A stretch of 64,000 nucleotides of DNA, taken from Bacteroidota bacterium (lineage in GTDB: Bacteria; Bacteroidota; Bacteroidia; NS11-12g; UBA9320). The notes beneath the pieces were generated by a model. That model had not been told where the DNA came from. It was given only the letters and a program-made list of their open reading frames with translations, and did no database searches. Position 1 is the stretch's first letter. Each line of letters begins with the position of its first letter. Shown piece by piece: positions 18,024-27,507 of this stretch. Position numbers and translations under genes: made by a program. The stretch lies in NCBI GenBank assembly GCA_018700895.1, contig JABIUV010000053.1:8482-72481 (forward strand), given 5' to 3'.

Positions 18024-19313
18024 ATGAAAAACATTCTCAAACTTTCATTTTTAGTACTACTTACGGCAGTGATGGTAACCTTAGTGGGTTGTGGTTCCGA
18101 GACAGGACCTATCCCTACGCTAGGACCTTACGAGCATTCTGGTTTTATCTCGGCAGACGAAACGTGGGATGCTAATGATATTCATATTTTAAAAGATAGG
18201 GTAATCGTACAAGCAGGTGTAACCCTTACTATAGAGCCAGGAGCGATTATTAAAAGTGAAGATAGAGTAGGGCCAAGTGCGGCATTACTTGTAATAGCAC
18301 GTGGTGCTACTATCAATGCAGCGGGAACAGCAACTCAGCCCATTATTTTCACCTCAATAGCTGATGAGATACAACTAGGAGATAGAGTAGGGCCAAACCT
18401 TAATATAGAAAGTGACAAGGGGTTTTGGGGAGGTGTTATCATACTCGGAGATGCACCCATATCACCTAAAACTGGTGCTACGGAGCAAGTAGAAGGAATA
18501 CCTGCAGACGTCATAGAAGGGAACTACGGAGGAGATAATCCTACCAGTAGTTCAGGGGTACTTACTTATGTGTCTATACGCCACGGAGGAGCACTCATAG
18601 GTGAGGGTAACGAGATAAACGGACTCACCCTCGGAGGTGTAGGTAGTGGCACAGTTATCAATCATGTAGAGGTAGTAGGAAATGTAGATGATGGGATAGA
18701 ATGTTTTGGAGGCACGGTGAATATAGATGATGCTATTGTAATGTATCAAGGAGATGATGCCTATGATATAGACCAAGCCTACAGCGGAACGATAAATAAT
18801 TTCATATACATAGCAGGTGCTACATCGGACCACGGGCTAGAAATAGACGGACCAGAGGGTTCAGAAAACTCTGAAGGAAGTTTTATATTGCAAAATGGCT
18901 CGCTCAAAGGAAATGCCCAGCAGGGAGAGTTTGCCGATTTCAGAAGCAATGCACAAGGAACGGTAGATGGTTTATACTTCTTCGGTTTCAATACCAGAGC
19001 AGATATGGAGCTAGATGATGATAAAACATCGGCTAACTATACAGCAGATTTACTTGTACTCAAAAACTTAAAATTTAATGCTACGGCTTGGACACTCGAT
19101 GAAGAAGGCCAACCAAACGGAGGAACAACCACTTGGACAATGATTACAGATTTATTTGCGGATAAGTCAGATGCCGGAGATGCAGTAGCAGCAGATGTCA
19201 AATTTGAAGCAAATAGCAACACATTAGTAACTGCCAAAGAAGGCGGTGCTGATAAAACCGAATTTGTAGGATGGTCACTAGCAGATGCAAAAGGGTTACT
19301 TTCAGACTTTTAA
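18024..19313 (+). CDS. Lipoprotein of unknown function
   Basis: Lipobox LVGCGS. 429 aa, G/D/I-rich and repeat-like, immediately upstream of a TonB-dependent receptor. Confidence 0.55.
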   Translation: MKNILKLSFLVLLTAVMVTLVGCGSETGPIPTLGPYEHSGFISADETWDANDIHILKDRVIVQAGVTLTIEPGAIIKSEDRVGPSAALLVIARGATINAAGTATQPIIFTSIADEIQLGDRVGPNLNIESDKGFWGGVIILGDAPISPKTGATEQVEGIPADVIEGNYGGDNPTSSSGVLTYVSIRHGGALIGEGNEINGLTLGGVGSGTVINHVEVVGNVDDGIECFGGTVNIDDAIVMYQGDDAYDIDQAYSGTINNFIYIAGATSDHGLEIDGPEGSENSEGSFILQNGSLKGNAQQGEFADFRSNAQGTVDGLYFFGFNTRADMELDDDKTSANYTADLLVLKNLKFNATAWTLDEEGQPNGGTTTWTMITDLFADKSDAGDAVAADVKFEANSNTLVTAKEGGADKTEFVGWSLADAKGLLSDF

Positions 19314-19358
19314 ACAACTAAATATTCAATAAAAACAAAAAACACAACGACTAAAGTT

Positions 19359-22187
19359 ATGTCATTTATAAAATCATTTTTCATAGGTTTTTGCATATTG
19401 TTATCAGCTAGTGCATTTGCACAACGCGGTAATGTTATTGGTAAAATAATAGACGCAAGTACCAACGAGGTGCTTACCAGTGCTACAATTACATCACCTA
19501 CCTCTAAAGGAGGTGGTTATTCTGATTTCGAAGGAAAATTTAACGCTAGTTTCGAGGTGGGTACACATAGTGTGGTCATCAAACTAATGGGGTATAATAC
19601 GGACACCATTTTTAATGTAGAAGTAACAGAAGGCGGAGAGACGGACCTGGGTACAATATCACTAGGCTCGCAGGCAGAAGTAAAAGTTGGAGTTACTATC
19701 CGTGTAAAAGGAACGAAAACGTCAGAAGCAGCACTTATAAAAGCTAGACAAAAAGGTGTAGAAATTACGGACGGCACCTCTAAGAAAGCAATGACAAAAG
19801 TAGGAGATAATAATGCAGCTGCTGCAGCTAGTAGAGTGACAGGTGTAAGTGTAGATGGAGGATATGTTTTTGTACGTGGATTGGGAGATAGATATACCAA
19901 GACCGTACTTAATGGTATGGAGCTTCCTGGATTAGATCCTGATAAAAACACCATTCAGATGGATATTTTTCCTACCAACTTGATAGATAATATTGTGGTA
20001 CTCAAAAGCTTTTTGCCTAACCTATCGGGTGATTTTACAGGAGGATGGGTAGATGTACAGACTTCAGATTTTCAAGCAAGTGAAGTGTTTGCCGTATCGG
20101 CTTCATTGGGCTATAACCCTACGATGCATTTCAATGGCGACTATCTAACTCACGGAGGCGGATTTGGTGAGTTGTGGGCCGGCGGCAAAGGGAGTAGAAA
20201 AATTCCTTTTGATGAAGTAAAAGATATACGACGTACAGAATACACCAAAAGTGGCGGTGGAGCACAACAAGCTCAAGACAATGCCAATTCATTTAACAAA
20301 GAACTCGGTGCAACACAACAAATGAGTCTGCTCAATACCTCGTTTAACATCAACTACGGAAACCAGATTAACAAGCAAGAAAAAACATATGGTTATAATC
20401 TAGCTGCTGGGTATAGTAATAAGTTTAATTACTACGATGAGGCGTTATACCAGACTTATATTAAGGATGAAGACAAGTCGGTAAATGAATTGCTGCTTTC
20501 TGAAAAAAACAATGGAAGTGTAGCAGAGAATGAGGTGTTATGGAGTGCCTTGGCCAATGGATCCTACAAAAGTGGAAAGCATAGCCTAAGCTCTACTCTA
20601 TTTCATACACAGAATGGAGTGAAGAAAACATCTCAGATTATCTACCAAAACATCGCCAATCCTTTTGGAGATGCAGGAGCTCAGTTAGACAAAAATGTAT
20701 TGTACTACAACCAGCGTACATTGACCAGTCTATTGCTAGAACATACGATCAAAAATGACTCTGCGTGGTCATTTACCACCAAGGTTTCGCCAAGTATAGC
20801 TAGCAATAATGAGCCAGATATGCGTATCACGGCTTTATCTTTTGATGAGAATAATGAGTACCGATTTAATATAGGTGCAGGTTCAGAGGTTACACGTCTC
20901 TACAGAAGCTTGACTGAACTCAACTTGAATACCAAGTGGGATGCCGAAAGAAGCTATAAATTAACAGATAAGCGAGAAACCAAAGTGAAATTTGGAGTAG
21001 CTAATAACCTCAAAAACAGAGATTTTGGAGTGTTCCAATATAACTACTTGCCCGTAGGAAGTTTCAACCTAAACGGTGACCCAAATCAGATTACGGACGA
21101 ATACCTATTTGATGCAAATACACGAGAAGGATTCACTCTCTTTGGTGAGCCACAGGCGTCTAATGAGTTTAATGCTACGCTGAATGTAGCTGCGGTGTAC
21201 GCAATGAATGAATACCCTATCACCGAACGATTGATGGCGATATACGGTGTTCGTGTGGAGAAAGCAGATATGTTCTACACCGGCGAGAACACAAGCAACT
21301 TATCGTACAACAACGAGAAGGTACTTGATGAACTCAATGTACTCCCAGCACTGAACCTTATGTTTAAGGCTACGCCAAAAATCAATATACGATTAGCAGG
21401 TACACGAACCTTGGCTCGCCCATCGTTCAAGGAGAAGTCACTCGCACAAATCCTTGATCCTATTTCGGGACGTACGTTCATTGGTAACTTAGACCTAGAG
21501 CAAACAGAGGTAACCAATCTTGATATCCGTTTTGAGAAATTTATGGAACGAGGTGAGTTGGTCTCTATCAGTGGTTTTTATAAAAATTTCACCAATCCGA
21601 TAGAGATTGTGGTCTTTAAGCCAGAAACACCTACCAACTTTACGCCGCGTAACGCCGTAAGTGCTAATGTATATGGAGCTGAGTTTGAATTGAAAAAAGG
21701 ATTGAGTGCTATTGGACTAGAGAATTTTGCGGTAGCGACTAACCTCTCATACATCATCTCACAAGTAGAGATGACCGCTCAAGAGATAGAAGGTAAGACT
21801 AACGAACTACGCGATGGTCAAACTCTTGGAACTACGCGAGAAATGCAAGGACAAGCACCGTACATTATCAACTTTGGTCTAAATTATAATAACAAAGACC
21901 AAGGGCTAAACGCCAACGTATCATACAATGTGCAAGGTCCTAAGCTTGCGATCGTAGGAATAGGCCGTTTACCAGATGTATACACAGAGTCATTTCATAG
22001 TCTGAATTTCAAAGCGAGCTACAAGCTAATGAGCGAAGATAGAGGACAGATCAGCTTCTCGGTAGACAATATTCTCGGAGACGACAACCTGCAGGTGTAC
22101 AGAGGCTATGAAGCACAAGATCAAATCTTCACGCAACTACTACCGCAGCGTACGTTCAGCGTTGGGTTTAGTTATAAGATCAAGTAG
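19359..22187 (+). CDS. TonB-dependent receptor with an N-terminal carboxypeptidase-regulatory-like domain
   Basis: 942 aa with plug region VFVRGLGDRYTKTVLNGMELPGLDPDKN and a beta-barrel C-terminus. Confidence 0.85.
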   Translation: MSFIKSFFIGFCILLSASAFAQRGNVIGKIIDASTNEVLTSATITSPTSKGGGYSDFEGKFNASFEVGTHSVVIKLMGYNTDTIFNVEVTEGGETDLGTISLGSQAEVKVGVTIRVKGTKTSEAALIKARQKGVEITDGTSKKAMTKVGDNNAAAAASRVTGVSVDGGYVFVRGLGDRYTKTVLNGMELPGLDPDKNTIQMDIFPTNLIDNIVVLKSFLPNLSGDFTGGWVDVQTSDFQASEVFAVSASLGYNPTMHFNGDYLTHGGGFGELWAGGKGSRKIPFDEVKDIRRTEYTKSGGGAQQAQDNANSFNKELGATQQMSLLNTSFNINYGNQINKQEKTYGYNLAAGYSNKFNYYDEALYQTYIKDEDKSVNELLLSEKNNGSVAENEVLWSALANGSYKSGKHSLSSTLFHTQNGVKKTSQIIYQNIANPFGDAGAQLDKNVLYYNQRTLTSLLLEHTIKNDSAWSFTTKVSPSIASNNEPDMRITALSFDENNEYRFNIGAGSEVTRLYRSLTELNLNTKWDAERSYKLTDKRETKVKFGVANNLKNRDFGVFQYNYLPVGSFNLNGDPNQITDEYLFDANTREGFTLFGEPQASNEFNATLNVAAVYAMNEYPITERLMAIYGVRVEKADMFYTGENTSNLSYNNEKVLDELNVLPALNLMFKATPKINIRLAGTRTLARPSFKEKSLAQILDPISGRTFIGNLDLEQTEVTNLDIRFEKFMERGELVSISGFYKNFTNPIEIVVFKPETPTNFTPRNAVSANVYGAEFELKKGLSAIGLENFAVATNLSYIISQVEMTAQEIEGKTNELRDGQTLGTTREMQGQAPYIINFGLNYNNKDQGLNANVSYNVQGPKLAIVGIGRLPDVYTESFHSLNFKASYKLMSEDRGQISFSVDNILGDDNLQVYRGYEAQDQIFTQLLPQRTFSVGFSYKIK

Positions 22188-22196
22188 TATTCTTCT

Positions 22197-22224
22197 GATA
22201 TAGGATTTATGATATAGGACTTAG
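22197..22224 (+). repeat. Two tandem 14-nt units (GATATAGGATTTAT / GATATAGGACTTAG) starting 9 nt after the receptor stop codon
   Basis: Direct reading. Same unit family as 5867-5908 and 24110-24151. Confidence 0.75.
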
Positions 22225-22622
22225 GAGCCGCTAAAAGTAGACCATACAGTTCCGTTCTTTGAAAGGTAAATGGATTCACCATTTGCCTTTATTTTAAAGT
22301 TCGAATGAAGTTCTTTCCCTAAAATAGATCTATCCTTACCCGAAGCAAAAACCACGATAAACGAATCAGGAGATATAATCACACTGGGGAATGTCCATTT
22401 GGAAAGTTCACCGGGATCATCTGATAGATGGTAACCCTGGAGGTCAATTTGTTGGTTTGTCGTGTTAAAAATCTCAACCCAATCTACGTAATCTCCATCC
22501 TCATCTTGTATTACGGTAGAATTACTGGACATTACCTCATTGATAACCAGCGATTGTCCTACGACGCATTGAGTCGAAACATAAAACAAGAGTAAGGTAA
22601 ATGTGAGTTTGAGGAAATTCAC
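22221..22622 (-). CDS. Lamin-tail-domain (LTD) protein, N-terminal fragment only (probably truncated)
   Basis: Signal peptide followed by LVINEVMSSN...DWVEIFN...GYHLSDD...FASGKD...HSNFKI. It ends after 133 aa, 33 nt from the neighbouring gene. Confidence 0.6.
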   Translation of the reverse strand: MNFLKLTFTLLLFYVSTQCVVGQSLVINEVMSSNSTVIQDEDGDYVDWVEIFNTTNQQIDLQGYHLSDDPGELSKWTFPSVIISPDSFIVVFASGKDRSILGKELHSNFKIKANGESIYLSKNGTVWSTFSGS

Positions 22623-22817
22623 TGCATCAAAAAAACGTATAGTTTTCCAACTGAATAGCAGTTTAGGTTATTTTTTTGTACAGCAATAATAAAATGACAC
22701 TTAGATTGAGGGATAACGATTGAAGCAATGAAAATGTATTTAGGGTCAATTGAAATATTTTTTGCTTGTAAAGATGAGCAACAGTGTACATAATCCTACG
22801 GATATCAACTGAAACTT

Positions 22818-23103
22818 CTATCTCCAGTTGCTAGAATCCATCTCAGATTCTATGACCGATGAATTACTCCAAGCTATAAATGCATCTGCCATCTGTAGCT
22901 GGCCAAAGAGATATTTCTTCTTGCTATCCCAAGTGTATGCCGCCCCGAAGATTTCTATACTATTTCTTAGGCTCGCATAAGCATTCCATTCTTCATAGGT
23001 AGCCACGGTCTTTTGGCTTAAAATGCGCGGTCCAGCTTATTCCTAACTCAATCTGTGGTTTTAAAAATCCTTTTTTGAGCGTCAAGGTAGCAAGATAACT
23101 ATT
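22818..23103 (-). pseudogene. Possible frameshifted remnant of an unidentified gene
   Basis: Two abutting minus-strand open frames, 23103-22996 and 23006-22818, are offset by one base. Neither has a convincing start or RBS context. Confidence 0.25.
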
Positions 23104-23163
23104 CTATTCTTAAAATATAATTGAAAGCTATTTGGGTGCTAAATAAATGTAGTGAGTCTATCC

Positions 23164-23463
23164 TCAGTCAAGGATAAAATCATCCACTACCTCAAACTCC
23201 TCAAAATGGGCAGCCAGATATTCGCTAGCTTCCTTTTGGGATAGGCTAGATTTGCAATCATCCGTAAGCTCAAAATGTAAGCGATGGTGAACTCCAAAGA
23301 GTTGATATCTTGAAGACTTGATGCGGCAATCAAAATGCTCTTCTAAAGCCAGTTGCATTTCGGATACCTGAGGCCCGATACTTAGGGCAGTAGGAGCAAA
23401 CTGAAGGTAAATAGATGAGATAATCAGGGCAAGGACGGCTAGGACGAGGATTTTATTTTTCAT
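23164..23463 (-). CDS. Small secreted or membrane-anchored hypothetical protein
   Basis: 99 aa with an N-terminal hydrophobic signal or anchor. Confidence 0.4.
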   Translation of the reverse strand: MKNKILVLAVLALIISSIYLQFAPTALSIGPQVSEMQLALEEHFDCRIKSSRYQLFGVHHRLHFELTDDCKSSLSQKEASEYLAAHFEEFEVVDDFILD

Positions 23464-23502
23464 AGTGCTAAATACATTTTAGGGGTAAAGTGTTGCGTCT
23501 CA

Positions 23503-23862
23503 TTATGAATTGCTCTTGATAACTCCTTGTACAAATTGGATGCCTCCAAAGATGATTGCTCCATAAAAAATGTAACCAATATCTGCAAAGGTTGCGATTA
23601 TACCGCCAATACACCATACTGCTCCCCAAAGCATATCACTAGTTCCGTCTCCATTGCTGCCGGCAGCATCGGCGTGCTCTATCTGAGCTTTTCGCATTGC
23701 TACTTCTTTTAGCCTTTCCTCGTCTACATTAAAATCCGGACATTCCTTTTCGAATGCGGCTTGTTCTTTGGTTAGGCTACAGATTAAGCCACCTTTTTCA
23801 AAGTCTACCTCTCTATTGGTGCAAACTTTACAGTATTCTAGTTTTTGTGCTAGTGTTCTCAT
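23503..23862 (-). CDS. Cys-rich (CxxC...C...C) N-terminal domain protein with a C-terminal Gly-rich TM pair
   Basis: CKVC...CSL...CPDF, then WGAVWCIGGIIATF...GAIIFGGIQF. The start is set at the internal Met (23862). Confidence 0.45.
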   Translation of the reverse strand: MRTLAQKLEYCKVCTNREVDFEKGGLICSLTKEQAAFEKECPDFNVDEERLKEVAMRKAQIEHADAAGSNGDGTSDMLWGAVWCIGGIIATFADIGYIFYGAIIFGGIQFVQGVIKSNS

Positions 23863-24109
23863 AGAAGTATTTATTGTTTCACAAAAAAAAGAATACTTGA
23901 GCAAATTTCAAGGAATGGTAAAATCTAGATGAAGTGCTCGATGTCTTTCAATTCAAATTATCTGTTACTCACTTTATTTTTTGACAAAAATACAGGCTAA
24001 TAAAGGCACTATTAGTACAAAAATACAAGGTAACACAGCAGCTAAAATTCCATTTATCTAAACTAATAATCTCTCGTTGGCAGAATTTTAAACTTAAAAT
24101 TTGACTTAA

Positions 24110-24151
24110 ACTTTTCCTAGATCATATATCCTAAGTCGTAAATCTTAAATC
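24110..24151 (-). repeat. Three tandem 14-nt units (sense strand GATTTAAGATTTAC / GACTTAGGATATAT / GATCTAGGAAAAGT) starting 9 nt after the argS stop codon
   Basis: Direct reading of the + strand units acttttcctagatc, atatatcctaagtc and gtaaatcttaaatc. Confidence 0.75.
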
Positions 24152-24160
24152 AGCGTAGCT

Positions 24161-26032
24161 CTACATCCTCGCCGGCACACCAATCCCCAACAAGCTAAAA
24201 CCGTGTTTAATAGTTTCGCCAACAGCTTGAGAAAGTGCTAGTCTAAATCCACGTACGGCCTCGTCCTCCGCTCCCAATATAATATGCTCGTGATAGAACT
24301 TATTGAAAGCCTTAGCAAGTTCGTATACCGCATTGGCTATCTCACTAGGGTTATAGTTGTTTGCGGCGGCATTCACAGCCGCAGGATAGGCATTCATCAA
24401 TACAATGAGGTCTTTCTCTTCAGCTTCTAGGTTGTTTGGTTCTACGAACACGGTGCTTTTGCCAGTTTCGTTTGCCGCTCTGATTATTGAGTTGATACGC
24501 GTGTAGGTGTACTGTATGAATGGGGCTGTATTCCCTTGAAAATCAATGGATTCTTTTGGGTCGTACATCATTCTCTTTTTAGCATCTACCTTGAGTAAGT
24601 AGTATTTAAGGGCACCCATTCCCAAGGTTTCATACAGTTCGGTGAGTTGCTCTGCAGACATGCCTTCAGTCTTGCCTAGTTCTTCGGTTTGTTTTTGGGC
24701 AGTGCTTAACACCTCGTCCATTAGTTCATCGGCATCTACAACTGTACCTTCTCTACTCTTCATCTTACCTTCGGGCAAGTCTACCATTCCGTAGCTTAAG
24801 TGGTATAGTCCATCAGCATACGGCTTGTTTAGTTTTTTGAGTATAAGTTGCAATACCTTAAAGTGATAGTCTTGCTCATTACCTACTACGTAAATGAACT
24901 TATCCATCTGAAAATCTTGGTATTTCAGGTCGGCAGTCCCTATATCTTGCGTAATGTACACCGAGGTGCCGTCGGCACGCTGTACTATCTTTTCGTCTAG
25001 TCCTTCATCCGTGAGGTCTATCCACACACTGCCATCCTCTTTGGTGAAAAATGCTCCCGATTCTAGCCCTTGTTGCACCATCTCCTTGCCGAGGAGGTAA
25101 GTGTTGCTTTCGTAGTATATTTTGTCAAATGACACTCCTAAACGGTTGTACGTAGCATCAAAACCATCGTACACCCAGCCATTCATTTTTTTCCATAGAG
25201 CAATGACTTCATCATCATTGTCTTCCCACTGCTTTAGCATTGTTTTTACTTCTGCTCCTATGTCACTATGATTATTGAAATAGGTGTTTTTGTATTCCGA
25301 TTTGAATGCTTTGTTCAGGTCAGCTTCTTCTTTAATGTATTTCTTAGCAGCGTTAGATGTTTTAAATGTCTCCAACTGAGCTAAACCTTCTTCAGAGCTC
25401 AACCAGGTAGCATACTCCGCTTGAAATTTTTTCTCAAACTCCACATAGTACTTACCCACAAGGTGATCTCCTTTTATGCTTGAGCTTTCGGGTGTTTCGC
25501 CATTGCCCCATTTCTGCCAAGCTATCATACTTTTACAAATATGTATGCCACGGTCGTTTACGAGGTTATTCTTTATTACGTCGTATCCATTGGCCGTCAA
25601 TATTTCACAAAAAGAAAAACCCAAAACATTGTTTCGGATATGACCTAGATGTAGTGGCTTATTGGTGTTAGGGGAGGAGTATTCTACTACTACCTTTTTG
25701 CCTCCGCCTATATTTGGCACGGTAACACCTTCGTCTATTCTATGTTGAGCTACGTTGAGCCAATAGTCATTGCTTAGTTCAAGGTTTAGGAATCCTTTTA
25801 CCACATTATACCCATCTATCTCAGCAACATTTTCTTTGAGATAATCTCCTATTTCAGCAGCGGTGTCTTCTGGTTTTTTGCGGCTATGTCTCAAGTACGG
25901 AAATACCACAAAAGTATAATCCCCGGCAAAATTGGGGTTTGTGTTTTCGAAAGTAATTTCGCCTTCGGCAATATCATATAGGCTTGCAAGAGCTTCCTTG
26001 GTTTTGACTCCTAATGTAGTGAGTATATCCAT
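24161..26032 (-). CDS. argS: Arginyl-tRNA synthetase
   Basis: 623 aa with the HIGH-type motif PLHLGHIRN, GKMKSREG, and a DALR anticodon-binding C-terminus. Confidence 0.95.
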   Translation of the reverse strand: MDILTTLGVKTKEALASLYDIAEGEITFENTNPNFAGDYTFVVFPYLRHSRKKPEDTAAEIGDYLKENVAEIDGYNVVKGFLNLELSNDYWLNVAQHRIDEGVTVPNIGGGKKVVVEYSSPNTNKPLHLGHIRNNVLGFSFCEILTANGYDVIKNNLVNDRGIHICKSMIAWQKWGNGETPESSSIKGDHLVGKYYVEFEKKFQAEYATWLSSEEGLAQLETFKTSNAAKKYIKEEADLNKAFKSEYKNTYFNNHSDIGAEVKTMLKQWEDNDDEVIALWKKMNGWVYDGFDATYNRLGVSFDKIYYESNTYLLGKEMVQQGLESGAFFTKEDGSVWIDLTDEGLDEKIVQRADGTSVYITQDIGTADLKYQDFQMDKFIYVVGNEQDYHFKVLQLILKKLNKPYADGLYHLSYGMVDLPEGKMKSREGTVVDADELMDEVLSTAQKQTEELGKTEGMSAEQLTELYETLGMGALKYYLLKVDAKKRMMYDPKESIDFQGNTAPFIQYTYTRINSIIRAANETGKSTVFVEPNNLEAEEKDLIVLMNAYPAAVNAAANNYNPSEIANAVYELAKAFNKFYHEHIILGAEDEAVRGFRLALSQAVGETIKHGFSLLGIGVPARM

Positions 26033-26850
26033 TATTTTTTGATTGGTGAATTGGGTTCGGCGGCTATTGCCTTATGTATTTTTCGTTCTAATAGTCTGGA
26101 AAAAAATTTATTCATCCAGAAGATGAGTTTTCCCTGTTTGTTATGGAGCATAAAGTCTTTGCGGTCTCTGATGGCTTGTAGTATATCGCGAGCTACATCT
26201 TCGGCTATGTCCATTTTTGACTCGTCGGCCGGTGTATCTCCTTGGGCTGATCCATCGGCTAGTTTAGCATTCACTCGTATATTGCTCGCTGTAAATCCTG
26301 GGCAAGCAATGAGTGTATGCAATCCTCGACTCATATACTCCATACGTAGGCTTTCAAAGAGGCCATTCATTGCAAATTTGGAAGAGGCATAACCGCTTCG
26401 GCCTGGAAGTCCTTTGAATCCCGTGACAGACGATACGGCCACTAGGCTGCCTTTGTTTTTTAGTAGTTGAGGTAATGCAGCTTTAGTGCAATGCACAGCA
26501 CCCCAAAGATTAACGTCCATTATTTCTTTGAGTACCTCGGTCTTTACATCTTCAAAAGGAGCACGCATACTAATGCCTGCATTATTGATAAGGATGTCTA
26601 TGCTTCCTAGGTGTTCTATACTTTGGTTTATAAAATGGAAGCATTCTGCTTCTTGTGTAACATCTGTAGCTACCACGATTACTTTCACACCATACGTATT
26701 TAGTTCGTCCTTAAGTTCGTTGAGTTTACTCAAGTTACGAGCGGCTAGTGAAAGGTTTGCTCCACTTTTTGCGGCTTCTACGGCGAGTGCTCTACCTATT
26801 CCACTGCTGGCACCCGTTATGAGTATATTTTTTCCTACTAGTGGGTCCAA
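26032..26850 (-). CDS. Short-chain dehydrogenase/reductase (SDR)
   Basis: Motifs TGASSGIG, NNAG and YASSK. Confidence 0.85.
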   Translation of the reverse strand: MDPLVGKNILITGASSGIGRALAVEAAKSGANLSLAARNLSKLNELKDELNTYGVKVIVVATDVTQEAECFHFINQSIEHLGSIDILINNAGISMRAPFEDVKTEVLKEIMDVNLWGAVHCTKAALPQLLKNKGSLVAVSSVTGFKGLPGRSGYASSKFAMNGLFESLRMEYMSRGLHTLIACPGFTASNIRVNAKLADGSAQGDTPADESKMDIAEDVARDILQAIRDRKDFMLHNKQGKLIFWMNKFFSRLLERKIHKAIAAEPNSPIKK

Positions 26851-26856
26851 AACGGT

Positions 26857-27384
26857 CTATTTTTTCCACTTAACACTACAACCTACGGCTGGTATCTCTG
26901 GATAATCAGGCTCCATACCGTCCAAAGCGTCTTCTATAGCATCTTGTAAAAACACACGTGTTACCATGCTCTCATTTTCCCAGTTATCGTCTATCGCACC
27001 TTGAAAAACAAGCTCACGCTTACTATTGAACACAAAAACCTCAGGAGTACGTGTAGCACCCAGTTTCTTTGTAACTTGTTGGTACTCGTCGTGCAGGTAC
27101 GGAAACGGAAGCTTTAGTTGCTTGGCAAGATCTTTCATCGCATTATACGAGTCCGCAGGATATTGCTCCGCATCATTTGGGTTAATGGCTATTATGCCAA
27201 GATTATCTTCCTCGTATTGGTTAAAAAGTTTTATCAGTCTACTCCAATAGGCACGTGCATATGGACAATGGTTACAGGTGATTACCAATACCAATGCAGT
27301 CCTATCTGCAAAGGTGAAGTTGTTATACTTGCGGCCATTGGTGCCTTTAAGTTCGAAATTAAATAACTTTTTTCCTATTTCCAT
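26857..27384 (-). CDS. Thioredoxin-fold (AhpC/TSA-like) thiol-disulfide oxidoreductase
   Basis: CNHCPY motif. The start is set at MEIGKK (27384), because the longer ORF runs through the clpC terminator. Confidence 0.7.
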   Translation of the reverse strand: MEIGKKLFNFELKGTNGRKYNNFTFADRTALVLVITCNHCPYARAYWSRLIKLFNQYEEDNLGIIAINPNDAEQYPADSYNAMKDLAKQLKLPFPYLHDEYQQVTKKLGATRTPEVFVFNSKRELVFQGAIDDNWENESMVTRVFLQDAIEDALDGMEPDYPEIPAVGCSVKWKK

Positions 27385-27444
27385 GGGGCTACAAAGGTAA
27401 TGTAATGATGGAAATGATAGTGAGGATTTTTGTAGGGCATCTGC

Positions 27445-27478
27445 ACAAAAAAAACCAACACGCAAAACGTGTTGGTTT
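27445..27478 (-). terminator. Intrinsic terminator downstream of clpC
   Basis: On the minus strand, stem AAACCAACACG/CGTGTTGGTTT is followed by TTTTTTTG. Confidence 0.65.
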
Positions 27479-27507
27479 GAATATTATCGTGTTATTGGAT
27501 AAACCCC

